Shown here: positions 41,831 to 56,900 of the stretch, in pieces
Numbering within the stretch: position 1 is the first letter of the stretch
How the letters are laid out: each line of letters starts with the position of its first letter
From: the human T2T-CHM13v2.0 reference genome, Homo sapiens
Assembly: GCF_009914755.1 (NCBI RefSeq)
Contig: NC_060931.1
DNA length: 64,000 bases
Direction: 5' to 3' (one strand)
Position numbers and translations under genes: made by a program
Notes under the pieces: generated by a model
What the model saw: only the letters and a program-made list of their open reading frames with translations
Database searches by the model: none
What the model was told of the DNA's origin: nothing

Positions 41831-42304
41831 CATCTGCCAAAAGTGATAAGATTAATGAAAATGGCTCCTTGTATAAACATATTCCTACTAAAGTTACCTG
41901 GTCTGTAAGATTATGTCAAGAAAAGAAATTAATCATTGGCAGAATAATAAAGTTTCAAATAAGAGTTTTTGAAGTATAGTGATGTTTGTCTTTTGGCTAG
42001 GAATCAGTAATGGTTGAAAAAGCTACTAAAATTTTTTTCATGAACATTTAGTCTTGGGGTAGTTATTTAATTTTTAATATGCTAAAATATTGATCTCTGT
42101 AAGTTCAACATTTTAAGAGTCTAATTGTTTTCTCCTGTTTAAGAGCAAATAATTTCATATATATTGGGTTTCCCATTGTTTGATGACATAGAAAACACAG
42201 CATAAAGTAGACATTGAATGAAATTTAGTTGAATTTTAAAATGAATAGCACCACTATTACTCCATTTGAAAACATTTACATATTATTGAGGTAAAAATTA
42301 CATA

Positions 42305-43254
<950 letters not shown>

Positions 43255-44900
43255 TTCATGACATGCGCAGATCTTAAAAGTACAATTCAATGGATTTGGA
43301 TGAGTATATACACTTAGACAGCAAACATGGAATCAGCATATAGAACTTTTTCTCTCCCTCAGAAAGTTCCTCGTGCCACCCTACAGTCCATTCCCACTTG
43401 TGCCCACCTTCCCATAGACAGCTGCTGTTCTGATTTCTATCAGCTTGATTTTTTTATTCTTTTTTTAAATTTTATTTTACTTGAAGTTCTGGGATACATG
43501 TGCCGAACGTACAGGTTTGTTATATAGCTATACATGTGCCATGGTGGTTTGCTGCACCTATCAACCCATCATCTAGGTTTTAAGCCCCACATGCATGAGG
43601 TATTTGTCCTAATGCTCTCCCTCCCCTTTCCCCTCACTCCACAACAGGCCCCGGTGTGTGATGTTCCCCTCCCTGTATCTATTTTATAAACTAGTTCTAT
43701 GAACATATTCATAAAATATGTTATTTTTATGTCCAGGTTTTTCTTACAAAACACAATATTTTAAAAATTCATTGATGCTGTTGCTTGTATCACTAGTTCA
43801 TTCCTTTTTCTTTTTTATTATTTAGCAATATTTCCTTGTTTGAATATATACTGTATGTACATGTGTTTATTTCCAATTTGCAACTGTCATGAATAAGGCT
43901 GTCAAGCATTCCTGTATGAGTATTTTTGCAACATACATTCTGATATTGGTAGATATATACTTAGGAGGGGGATTGTTGGGTCATAGGATTAATATATGTT
44001 TAACTTTATTAAAAATTGTCCAGAGTTTTCCAAAAAGATTGTACAATTTTATACTCCAACCAGCAATGCATGAGGGTTCAAATTGCTCTAGATGCTAGTT
44101 AGTCCTTTTAATTTTTGGCCACCGAAATGGGTATAAAATTATATATCATGGTTTTGGTTTCCCTGATGACTAATAATATAAAGCACTTTTTAATGTGCTT
44201 ATGAGTAATTAATAGATCTTTATTTGGGATGTGACTTCTGCCCATTTTTTCCAGTGATTATTGATTTACAGGAGCTCTTAGTATATTTTAGTATATTCTG
44301 TTTTAAGATACATGCACTGAAAATAATTTTTCCTAGTCTCTTTCTTGCCGTGGATTTTATTAACCATGTCTGTTGATGAGAAAAAGTTTTTAAATTTGAT
44401 GGATCTCAAATTATCAAGTGATTTTGATGTCCTCTAGGAAACCTCTGTTAGCCCCCAGGTCCTGAAAATATTCTGTTTTCTTAGGTCTCAAATCCTTTCA
44501 GAACTATTTTTTTGTTTGATTGTATAAAGTAGAAGTCAAAAATACATCTTCTCTGTATTTATCCAGTTGTTCTGGCATCATTTTTTGTAAAAGACACTTT
44601 TCATTCACCATTAAATTGTCTTGGTGCCTTTGTTAAAAAACAATTGACTACCTACATGTGAGTCTATTTATGATCTTTCTCTGATGATATACATGTATAA
44701 TCTTGAAATCAAATGATAAGTTCTCTAACTTGGTTTTTCTTTTTTGCTTATTTTGAATATTTAAGGATTTTTTTTGCATTTTCTTAAACATTTTTGAATC
44801 ATCTCATGCATTTCTACAAAAACTATATTGTTGGGTTTCGGTTAGAATCGCATGGTATGTATCTCCATTTGTTTAGTGCCTTAATTTCTCTCACTGATGA
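43255..44900 (-). mobile_element. Old L1M (MC/ME) 3'UTR/ORF2 end, hosting MER82 and an L1PA fragment
   Basis: tacaattcaatggattt; ttgttgggtcatagg; ttatactccaaccagcaatgcatgagggttc; ccagttgttctggcatcattt. Confidence 0.7.
43449..43679 (-). mobile_element. L1PA8-like 3' end, 5'-truncated
   Basis: ctgggatacatgtgccgaacgtacaggtttgtt...ctaggttttaagccccacatgcat. Confidence 0.9.
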
Positions 44901-45078
44901 TTTGGAGGAATCAGGGTGGAACTTTAAAAGCTCCCCCAAATGACTCTCATGTGCAGACAAGATAAGGACCACTACCTAGATCCTTTTTTCTTAGAAGAAT
45001 TTGGGTGCCTGTAAGAAAAGAATTCATCCCATCCATCCCTAAGATTCTACGTATTAAATAAATGAAGTGGTCATTTCT

Positions 45079-45375
<297 letters not shown>

Positions 45376-46967
45376 ATGAAGTGATCATTTCTAATAACAC
45401 ATCCAAAAAATGTCATGACATACGATCTCCCCAATGTATTTGTTTTACTTAAAGTTTCTATTCAAGTGATTTTTCCAAAATAACCACACATTCCAAAGTG
45501 ACTCTTTGTAACTTTACAATAAGGCATTTGGCAGTTTCTTTATCATAAAAAACAAAAGTACCTTGTACCTGCCCAAGCACCTTTTTACATGTTTTATCTG
45601 ACAACAATTGATCATATTTATAATGTGGTTTAGATTGGCATGTGAAAATGAGAAAGGTCAAAATGGATCCATTTTCTTATGATATGGAATTTTTATAGAT
45701 AAGAAATAGTGCATGGCATATTTATATGAAAATTTATATACCTTTTTAAAGTTTTATTGCATAAAATGATAATTGATTATTAATAAGATATATTAGTAAC
45801 ACATCATAGAACCCTGTAACTGCCTAAAGATGAATTCATATTCTAGGAAATTTTGCTCTCAAGATTGAATATTGATCACAAGACTGAAAACTCCAGTCAC
45901 TGTAATTTTACTTGAAGCATTTTCTAACAGATGTTACATCTTGGTTTGCCATTATATTTTAAATACGTTCTTTTTCTTTTTTCAACATTCATTAAACCAG
46001 TCTTTTCTTCTTGTCTCTAATAAGAGCAACATCTGTTTCTTCTTGTTCAATCAAAGCAACTTCCTCAAGAGTCTTACTTTAAAAATGATAACATTAGAAA
46101 GCACGGATAGAAAACTTTTCATTAATATTTTACATTTGCATACAAAACAAGTGTTTCTAACAATTATAAGTTAGGGAGGTGTTAGAGAAAATATTATAAA
46201 ACAATTTAGTTATAAAAATATAAAATGAGAAGGTGCTGTAATATGGTTTCAAAGATGTTCGTTTTAGGTTAAATTTTCTTTATATGAATATCAGTTTCCT
46301 TTTAGAAGGTACAGTTGAAACACTTTTATCATTACGAATTATAACAATGGTACATACCACACTGTATGTGGTACAGAATTATAACAGTGGTACATACCAC
46401 ACCGGGTTCCAATTCAATCTCAGCCTCTTATGGGGCAAGCTCCACGTGTGCCTGAATATATTATGACCCCAAATATAAGGCAATTCTCCATTTTCCCTGG
46501 ATTATTTTATATTTTTACTAACTTGCACATAAACTGTCAAGGCCTAAGTGAAGATGTCAATAATATTTATGTGTTTTTCAGATTACATACATAAATCATT
46601 TAGAAAGTTCATTTTTTCATTCTCACTTTTTAGAAATAATTTTGTTCTAATGTCTGCACAGGCAACTTTAATGTCAGTGTCTTTGCCCTAACTTTGTGAA
46701 TCATCTACACATTTCTGTAGAACAAATCATCTTCACCTTTGTCTTAGTTGTTTAAGATATAGGATAAGTTTCCCATATCACTGTATATGTTTTCCCAAGC
46801 CTCAAATTCCCATTAACAAAGGGCTGGCTAAGATGCATTTTTTAGTTGTCCTGTAGGTGAAATTTATGATCTCCACATTGTAAAGACTTACTGCATTGCT
46901 TTCTTGTTTAGAAAGCTTATCACTACATTAATATTTGTAATTATGAGATAGTAAACTCCAAAGACAA

Positions 46968-47265
<298 letters not shown>

Positions 47266-47534
47266 ATGAAAGACAAATTATTAAATGTGTCTCAGCTTAC
47301 TTTTCTATGAAATAAAATGAATTAAAGTGTCCATGTTTTTGTCTTAATAATATAGATACACTGTCTCCTATCTGGCAGCCACCATTCTAATGCTGTACAA
47401 ATACTAATAGTAACTAGTATACAAATACTTAATCCACCTACTCAAAGCCTCATTTTATTTCCAGACCTGATGCTGTGTGAGATATGGCTATCCCCAGAAA
47501 CTGAGCACTTCTCCAGATGTGGTAGCAAATGGAA

Positions 47535-47611
47535 GTGTGTGTGCGCATGCGTGTGTACCCATGTGTGTGTGCATGCGTGTGTGTGTGTGTGCACGTGTTG
47601 TGTGTGTGTGT
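47535..47611. repeat. Compound (TG)n/(CG)/(CA) alternating purine-pyrimidine tract
   Basis: Direct observation. Confidence 0.9.
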
Positions 47612-49014
47612 TTGCATAGTATAAGAAAACTCTGATCATGGATGCACAGGGTCTATATAAATAATGTATTTTGTTGTGGTTCTTGTTTATTTGTTCAAGC
47701 TCTAGAACCAACTATGTCTGAGTTCAAATTCTAACCTTTACCTGTTACCATCTATAGGATGCTTACAGATTGGTAGACTCAGTCCTTCCCTATATACTGG
47801 AGATAATTGTTTAAAAAAATTTTGTGAGGTATTACGAATCAAATGCAAGCAAAGTATCACCATGGCTAGCACATAGAGCTTAGAACTTTATACTATATAT
47901 GCTGACATATAAAAAGATCATGAAATTCTATTCTTCTCTGGAGACAGCCTTCAGGATACTATTTCTTACAAGATGTAGACAAAATATGAAAGAAGCAGCA
48001 CATTTTTCTATAAGAAATTGGGTCTTCCTTGCCACATTTAAGAATAAACTTCATTACATTTGGGGACCCATTTTTATCATAGATTACTGAGGTATTACCT
48101 CTTGATAATTAACATTAAAATTTCAAAATAATAATTGGAAATGAAATGAATAGGAATCAAAGCTTAAGCTTTGATACAGTAGTGGCTGCTATCAGCAAGG
48201 ATCCTTTAATCTGGGTTCTAATTTCTCTAGTAATTAAGTTCCTGGAAGAAAATAAAATAACCTTTTAATTTTAATCTGATTAGAATAATAGACCTTTTGC
48301 CATGAAAAATTAAAAGGAAGATGTTCCATTTCTAAATTAATTTTGTGATGGAGAAATTGTCGTGGAATTCTCTGAAAGGCTTTCTTGTTCTTCCACTTAG
48401 AGTAACCGAAGATATTTTATAAGGGTCTATCTCTGGACATGTGATTATTTAGGATTGGATTTGGGGACTTAACAAATATCACGTTGATATCTTTGAGATC
48501 CATGTCCTAAAACTGTATTTCATAGCAGGGTTTGTCAAATTATAAAGACAAAAATCAAAAAACCATGCAGTCCTATAGTTAATCAACAATAAATCCTACT
48601 TTGTACTTTAAAGGGAAATGCTATGGCGAAGATAGGGTCTTCAGTGCATCAATTCCTTGGGAATACCCAAAGGGACCCACTTGAGATGGAACTATTTCAG
48701 TAAACACTGCTGCTTGACTGACAGTTAACTTCAAGAATAAGCCTTTACATGCATAGAGTAATTTTATAGTACAAGAGATTGTATCTGTGTTGTTCTTCAG
48801 AATATTTGAAAGATAAGAAATAACATTTATTGTTTTCCCAATTTTTGTATGGACAGGAAAAATAAAACTCTGGGATTAAATGACTTAAGATATTCTTGTC
48901 AGAAACAGAACTTGGACTTAAATCATGCCTTTTTCTTTTTCCAGTGAGGAACTATCTTACAAAGTAACCTATAAGTACCAAAAAGTAGACCCTGATATAT
49001 GAATATGGGTGCAT

Positions 49015-49150
49015 ATTGTTTATTTGACATTGGTCCAATAAATGCAATCTGGGAGAGGGGAGGTGAGACAAGTTGGGGTGGAAAGCCACAAAAAGGTTCT
49101 TTAATAAGGAGATTGTTACTATGGGCACCTGAGTTCTAGCCCACTGGAGT
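49015..49150 (-). mobile_element. Old MLT1 (J/K/L-like) LTR fragment
   Basis: gttactatgggcacctgagttctagcccactggagtctctctgaga motif. Confidence 0.5.
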
Positions 49151-49569
49151 CTCTCTGAGAGGCTGTAGTAACTACAGTCCCTTGCACACCTAGTTTCTGG
49201 ACTGTTCCTCTTTCTACATCATTGGAAGCCATTGAAATGTATGGGAGTTTTCTGCAGGTGACAGCCAGAGTGGGATGAAGAGATATACTTCATTTAATAA
49301 CTTGATAACAGAGAAAGGTCAATTACAAATGGACTTAGGATGATGGGGATTTCCAGGAACATCTATTGACATTAAATTAAACTTAACAAAAAAAATTATA
49401 TCCACTTAATCCTTACCCTTAGAATGAGTCATATTGCACATTACCGTGTAGAGCTGAGAAGCCATAGTCAGCAACTCCAATGCTATTTTTATTGCTTTTT
49501 TATGTTTCATCATTTACTTGGCCATCTATGAAACCTAGAGTGCCAGATTCCTGGTCATGATCACTCCCT

Positions 49570-50110
49570 CAGATTCATTCAGTTATTCATTCACACCCAC
49601 TATGTACCAGACATGGTTTTAACTTTAGGGTTTTTTTTAGTAGAGAAGAAAACAGACAAAAGAGAGCTTATAATCAAGTGATAGAAGACAGAAAATTAGT
49701 AAGTATGCTAGTAAATGAACATATAATAAATTTAGTAATGAGAAACTACAAGGAAAAATAAAGCTCAGAAAAGAAGGAATGTTGGGAGAGAGAGGAAAAT
49801 GATATGTTATTTAGAATAGCTAGGAAAGACCACCTCTCTCTTAAGATGACATTTGCACAGAGATCTGATGTGAGGGAGCAAAACCATGCAGATAATTCAC
49901 ACGAGGCATTCCAGATGGTTCACATGACACATCTTAGTTCACCAAAAGGATTTTAGTCAGTACTTTTCATGAGTTCAAAAAGAACAGAAAGCTGTTATAG
50001 GGAATAGTGTGATCTCAGTTATACATTTATAAAGATAATACCACTTTGTGGGGAGATTAGACTGTTAGTGCAAAGAGTGAAATCAGAGGAACAATTGGGG
50101 GGTAATGAAA
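49570..50110 (-). mobile_element. L2 fragment
   Basis: attcattc...cactatgtaccagac; gatgacatttgcacagagatctga. Confidence 0.7.
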
Positions 50111-50116
50111 TACTCT

Positions 50117-50271
50117 GTATTCATCTGTTGATGGACACTTTGGTTGCTTCCAAATCTTAGCTATCGTAAACAGTGCTGCAACAAACATAGGAGTGCAGAT
50201 ATCTCTTCCGTGTACGTATTTTCTTCCTTTTGGGTATATACGTAGTAGTTGGATTGCTGGATCATATGGTA
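50117..50271 (-). mobile_element. L1 (PB/MA) fragment
   Basis: ttcatctgttgatggacactttggttgcttccaaatcttagct...ggattgctggatcatatggtag. Confidence 0.85.
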
Positions 50272-50374
50272 GACCAGAGATGATAGTGGGCTCACATAGC
50301 TGTTTGCCTTATTACATTATTTATATTATGCATACTATTTATACATATATTCACTTGTATGCTAAATTTTATAA

Positions 50375-50843
<469 letters not shown>

Positions 50844-51034
50844 CTACTACAAACATGTGACTATCTTCTAAGCTCCAACAGCCCTTAAGTTCTTTAAAAT
50901 AGTTTTTCTATTTCTTAGTATAAACCAACTAGTAATGTATGATTTTCCTATAAAGGAGCACATGTAGTAAATAGCCTAGGCTTTATGAACTACATAGTTT
51001 CCAGTGCAGCTGACTCTTGATGTAGGGCATGTGG

Positions 51035-51251
51035 TATGTAAATAAATGTACTTGGCTACATTCCAATAACATTTATATGGACACTAACATTTGAATTGTA
51101 TATAATTTTCACATGTCACTAAACATTATTCTTCTTTTGATTTCTTTCCAACCATTTAGAAAAGTAAAAACCATTCTTAGCTCACAGGTTATAGAAAAGC
51201 AGGTGGCAGCAAGCCAGATTTCAGCCACAAACTGTGGTTTTTCAGATTCCT
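51035..51251. mobile_element. MER58B-like hAT-Charlie element
   Basis: ttccaataacatttatatggacactaacatttgaatt...aaccattcttagctcacagg...gccagattt. Confidence 0.75.
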
Positions 51252-52092
51252 GGTATAAATTATCAGGAGCTTGGAGCCTTGATCTGTGTGTCATTGATTT
51301 GCTCTCATTCTATTTTTGGACACCTTTATTCGTTAGAGTTCTCTTTCTTTTGTGAAACTGAAGCACGTCCTCATGTAACTTCTACCTGTGGATTCTACAT
51401 TGTGCCGTCTGAAGAAGAATAGCACAAAATACCCCCCACCCACCACCTTGTCATAGCACAGGCCTTCACAGGGTCGAAGAAAGCCCCTCTGGCCCTCTTG
51501 GTTTTCTCTGCTACCCAGTGTTAAACTTTGTCCAGATGCTTATGTTTCCTGGCTGCTCTCCTATTTTTGCTTTTTAATTTTCTGACTATTCTTCATAAAA
51601 TGAACACAAACTAAACAAAAGCTTTAAGCTACTGTCCAGCTAATGGACAATTCAATCTAATTTTTGTTTCCAAAGATCGTTGTATCAAGCAACAATGAAG
51701 TGCCATTGTTGGGGATATGCATTCTTGATTTATTTTGCTGTTTTTTTTTTTTAATACCATGTACTCCATTATAAAGATAACTTATTTGTAAATGTTCAGA
51801 TAATCCTATTATTATTTTCCATGACTATTAGTGGTCAGTTCGTACTTATAACTACACATGCACAGTTATTATTTAGTACTTAATTTCTATAAACTATACT
51901 TACCAAATGTGTTTATTGAGAGAAAACAAGCTATACAGAAAAATAAAGATTTTAAAAACAAAGACAGACTTTAGATAAAAGCCATAAATTCATTTTCTTG
52001 TCTGAGAATAAGATCTAGCAAAGCTAACCAGAAAATAAATTACTAAGTTAAAGTAGTTCATAATTCACTAAGTTAAAATAGCACATAATCAT

Positions 52093-52159
52093 AAAATGTG
52101 CTCAGTGGCTGGATGCAGTGGCTCACGCCTGTAATCCCAGCACTTTGGGAGGCCGAGGT
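52093..52159 (+). repeat. 67-bp duplicate of 50440-50506 (14 bp unique flank plus Alu 5' 53 bp)
   Basis: aaaatgtgctcagt followed by the Alu head at both sites; 61/67 identical. Confidence 0.88.
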
Positions 52160-52422
52160 CATCTAAATGACTTTTTTTCAATCCATTTCTTTCCCTAAGT
52201 ACACAGCGGTATTAATACTGCTTCTCTACTTGATTGGGTTATATTATGCCTTATTCAGTTAGGTGGAGTATAGAACCACTTATGATGATGTTAAAGAGAC
52301 ATGAGACGTCAGTTTGAATTGTAAGCAGCACTGTATTTTCCAAGAGAAAAATACTTTTATTTGTAAAATCGTGATTTGTTGATTTTGGAAATTGTGTTCA
52401 GCTGGGTAATTTTAAGAAAAAA

Positions 52423-52447
52423 ATGACTTTTATCTTGTACTTACCAG
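52423..52447 (+). promoter_or_regulatory. 3' splice site: candidate branch point (atgAc, A at 52426), polypyrimidine tract and CAG
   Basis: atgacttttatcttgtacttaccag; TnA motif about 22 nt upstream of the junction with no intervening AG. Confidence 0.6.
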
Positions 52448-52597
52448 GTTCTGGGTTGAATGATGGACAGTGGCACGAGGTTCGCTTCCTAGCCAAGGAA
52501 AATTTTGCTATTCTCACCATCGATGGAGATGAAGCATCAGCAGTTCGAACTAATAGTCCCCTTCAAGTTAAAACTGGCGAGAAGTACTTTTTTGGAG
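52448..52597 (+). CDS. CNTNAP2: Internal coding exon of contactin-associated protein-like 2 (CASPR2), 150 bp, phase 1/1, laminin-G domain (canonical exon 9)
   Basis: Translation (G)[49 protein letters not shown](G) matches CASPR2 as I recall it and has LamG motifs LNDGQWH and YFFGG. Acceptor ttttatcttgtacttaccag|G at 52447/52448; donor GAG|gtaaga at 52597/52598; length exactly 150. Confidence 0.97.
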
Positions 52598-52899
52598 GTA
52601 AGAATGCCATTCCTTTTTGGTTACTAATCCATTGCAAAAAATGAGGTTTCAAAATGAAGTTTGATTATGAAGTATTTATATTTGACTCAACTGACTCAGT
52701 AGATCTCATGACAAAACAAACAAACTGTAATTCCACTGAGCAAAACAAAAAAAGAAAAGGAAAAATTTTATTTCTTTCTGATGAAGATATTAAGATGATG
52801 TCACCATATTCTTCTGGCCTAATTTAAATCATTGAAGTATAAAAAAGGAGATTCTAAATTCATCCTCATAATCCTCAAAAGTCAGGTCCTTGGAATATT

Positions 52900-53458
52900 T
52901 GCTGTTCACCTAGTGCTTTGTAACTAATTATTCAAACCTTAGTGTCTTCAAACAAACATTTATTATCTCGCAGTTTCTCTGGATCAGGAATTCAGTAGTA
53001 ATTTGCTGAGCGAGTCTTTCATGAGGTTGACGTCAAACTGTTACTTGTGGCTGCATCATTGGAAGCCTCGTCTGCTTCCGGTAGGTCTCACTTACCTGGC
53101 TGACAGTTGGTGCTGGCTGGGATGCCTCAGTTCTCTGTGGCCTCTGATTCTGTAATACCTTTCTTCTTCAAGTAGCCTCTCCCGGGGGTCACTGGGCAGA
53201 GAAATAGAGAGGGAAAAGGAAAGAAAGAGAGGAGGGGAGGGGAAAGCCAGTAAGTCAGGAAGTTCTCCAGATAAAAACTATGAGTATTTTTTAAAATATA
53301 ATCCAATTTAGCAGTGATATCCCATCACTACTATTATTTTCAACCTGTGGGAAGTGAGTCACTAAATCCCGTCCACAGTTAAAGGAAGGGGATTTCACAA
53401 GGGCATGATTATAAAGAGCCATTGATTCCTGGGTGCCATTTTAAAGGTGCCTACCACA
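52900..53458 (-). mobile_element. MLT1F-like MaLR solo LTR
   Basis: aaacatttattatctcgcagtttct...gaagtgagtcactaaatcc...gcctaccaca. Confidence 0.75.
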
Positions 53459-53884
53459 GTCTACCTTACAGAAGAAGACATGTTGTCACAAACATCTTGG
53501 TTCTTAAGTAACGAAAAGATTAGTAAGAAGAAGATTATCTTAATGATAAACTCTATGTGTGAAAAAGTGTTGTAGCAAAGACCTGTCACATTTTCTAATT
53601 GAAAAAATGTGTCCTGTCAGAAAATGATCTTTTTCATAACTAATACATTATGAGGACATATTTTATTAAAGTGCTGGGTACTTTGTTTAGATCAATACAT
53701 CTTTTATTAGATTATTGTGTTTCCTGTCCTAAATCACGCAATGTGAGATGTAAAAAATAAATCACATGCTTAGAAAAGGCTTTTATTTAAGCTTTAAAAT
53801 CTGTATGTTACATGTTTGCCTCTGAAAATGTTTCTATTTGTATTTACATATCTACTTTGTTTAATTAAATATATAGTTATATAG

Positions 53885-53944
<60 letters not shown>
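53885..53944. repeat. (CT)9(GT)21 compound microsatellite
   Basis: Direct count. Confidence 0.95.
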
Positions 53945-53945
<1 letters not shown>

Positions 53946-56900
53946 CTAGTTTTTAGAGTAAGGTGACATGAGAGCAGCCACCTTGTTTATCTCATACCCT
54001 GCTATATTCCTCAAGGTCCTAGAAAAAATCCTGGAATGTTGTAGATGAACAATAAATATTTATGAAAGACTTAGTAAATTCTACAAATTAAGCAAGACGT
54101 CACTTTATTATGAATTGTCTAGAGAGGAAACAGAGGAGGCCCTAGGCAATTTACTGACTTGCCACTGAGTTTGCAGCTAGCACCTTAAGTTTTCTGAGTC
54201 CTATACCAGGGCATTTCTCCCCATCTAATTAGTGACAAGTTAGAGACAAAAATCATGAACTAGGGCTCTGCTTCTTTAATCTTCCATAATATTTGTTGGA
54301 AGTTAAGACTACATGATTTTTAAAAGACTCTCAATAAATATTTGATGAGTAGACGAAAGTCAAACAAGCTGTCTTATGAGTGAATGAACTGGACATACTG
54401 ATGTGAGAAAAAACAACTCAATAGCCAAACTGGTTACCGTCCAAAAAAATATTCAATATGATTGGCTTATGGCCAACAGTTTTCATTGCTATGATCACAA
54501 ATAGATCACAGTTGTCAGTGGGAAAGCTACTGATAATCTCTGCTGATCCCTTGACTGGAATATTTTTGGCCATACATGAGCTCCCTGAATGCCTAAGGCC
54601 AGTTTTTATCGATTTCAATCTAGAGGGGCGAGCACATAGCTGTAACCACACATTCATGGCATAGAGTTTATAGGATATGAGGTCTTTATGGTGTGCTATT
54701 TACATCAGTTTACAGATTCTGGTTTTTGAGCCCAGGAGTCAGGAGAATATTGATTTCCTCTTGGGTCTATGGTCTGCCTTTAGGATATACTGTCAGCTAA
54801 TGATCACGATGCTTGTTTTGTTATATCGTCATTAGCTGAATCCTAAGTGTGTAAGAATCATGAGAAGAACTCATTGCCATTCTGGCTCTCAGGCCCCACC
54901 TCTGGAACTTTGAAATTCAAGAGAATGAGAAATTGAATACTTAAAAACTTCAAGTGATTCTGATAAACACAGTCTGAGAAACAGAATTATAGATTGACCT
55001 TAGCCAATTTGCACACATGCCTTTTAGATTCTTTTTGTAAAACATCGTCAGTCACTGAAAAGTTTGGGATGCATGAGAATTAGCTACTCTCCTATAGCTT
55101 TGCCCCCAGAGGGCAAAAGAAGGGAAGTCACAGGACAAGTTATGATGCCCATAAACATATTTATTAAATGAACAATTATTACCAAGAAAGCACAGCACTG
55201 TTCATAAACATTCTTCTGCAAGCTCAGTGAGGTCCCAGCTCTCTAACTTGCTGCACCTTGAATCAAATGTTCTCCCGAAGCAGCGACGCTGAATGGTGGG
55301 ATTCAGCTACACCCAGAGCTGGTGCCAGGTGACAGAAAGCCTCCTCAGCGAATGACTGGCACAGGATCACTAAGTGATGCTAACTCCAGAAGCATTTCTA
55401 AGAACTCAGGTTACAGGCCTCGCCAGAATCTTTTACCATCTTCACACAAGGCTGGGTGTGTCTCTAAAAGGTGTTGTGGCAAACCACAGACCCTTAATGC
55501 CTTTAAGTTCACTACTGATATCTCCTTTCTAACATTTCTTTAACATTTATGCTATCTAACAGACCACTGATTTCACCAAAGAAAACCCAGTTTGGCATTC
55601 AGTTCATTAGAGGACTTGTTGATTCAGTGAATTAAGTTGATATGGGAATAAATAGTAAAAATCTAAGAGTCACCCCCTCTGGTGTGGGTGTACCGTTTCT
55701 GCACTAAAACTCTTGACACCTCTTACTTGTGGATTCCTGATCAGAAGAGGAACTGCCTCTGGATCGCAACTTTAACTAAAACACAAATGCACACAACTCT
55801 ATACCATCTGTGCTGAAAATTTTAAAGTAGGATTCAAATGTTAAAATAAACACATCTTAAGAAATACTAGTATAGTGGAAAGGAGAATTGACTTTGTTCT
55901 AAAACACGAGCTTTGGAATCCTGCATACCTGATTTTGAATATGGCTTTATCACTTAATTAGTGGATCCTTTAATACTGTATCTTACTTTCTTCATCTATT
56001 AAATGGCAATAGAATCTGTTTTCTGAACACTGTGTGGCATAAACTTAAACCTGGGATCTGACCCTAGGAAATGCTAAATGCTGACTGACTTTCCAATGCA
56101 TCTTGAGCCTTTCTTTTAACTCTGTAAGAGACAGCCTCACAAGGAACACTGGAGACTTCAGACCATTATTTATTTAATGGCCTCTCATCAACTTCTGCAC
56201 CACTCAAAGTATTTCTTCCCCACACTCACTGAAGAAAAGTATTTTTCCTGCTCACTGAAAGCCTCAAGTAAAGGCTTTCCTGCCGTCCTACACTCTGTTT
56301 TGTTTCCAAACCCTTAAATACGTCCACATTTTGTTTCTTTTGAAGTTAAGTCCCGGTTGTGTAGCTTTCTTTGCAGCCCAGGCTGGGCCGTTTCACTCCA
56401 GTGTGCAATTTTATCTCTCTGTGCTTGCTCCCTGCTAATGCCGGCAAAGTCTTAGTCCTCCTTTGTAACATCCATGATCAGATGATGTTTAATCACCAAG
56501 AATTCTTTTAATTTTTTTTTTCTTGGGGATAAGCAGACAAAGAGATCCGTTATTTGGCATGTTTCTTCAGTAAAGTGTGTTTTAGCTGCTTTAACATGTT
56601 TTATTTTCCTCCAACTAGAATTTTTTTAGATAACACTCCATTAATGTTAATAATCAAAAGAATGTTAAACACAATAATTAAATTTACCTATTGACTGTTT
56701 ACGTGGTAATAAGCTTTCTGATACAGGCCGGAATCCATGGCTATGAGACAGCAGTATGATTTTTAAATTTCTAAATTTTCTTTGTTGTGGTCATTTTTAT
56801 TTCCTCTTTTGTTATCATTAAAAGAAAAAGGAGCTGTGGGCTGAAGAGGAGAGATAAGAAGCTTCTAGAGCCAGTCTTACTGGAAGAGGAGTTCTAAAGA

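Noticed and set aside
46336-46402. CRISPR-like repeat-spacer-repeat
   Set aside because: Only two units, 13-nt spacer, primate genome, no cas genes.
52423-52644. 73-aa ORF as a standalone gene
   Set aside because: Only 52448-52597 is exonic; the ATG and the tail are intronic read-through around splice sites.
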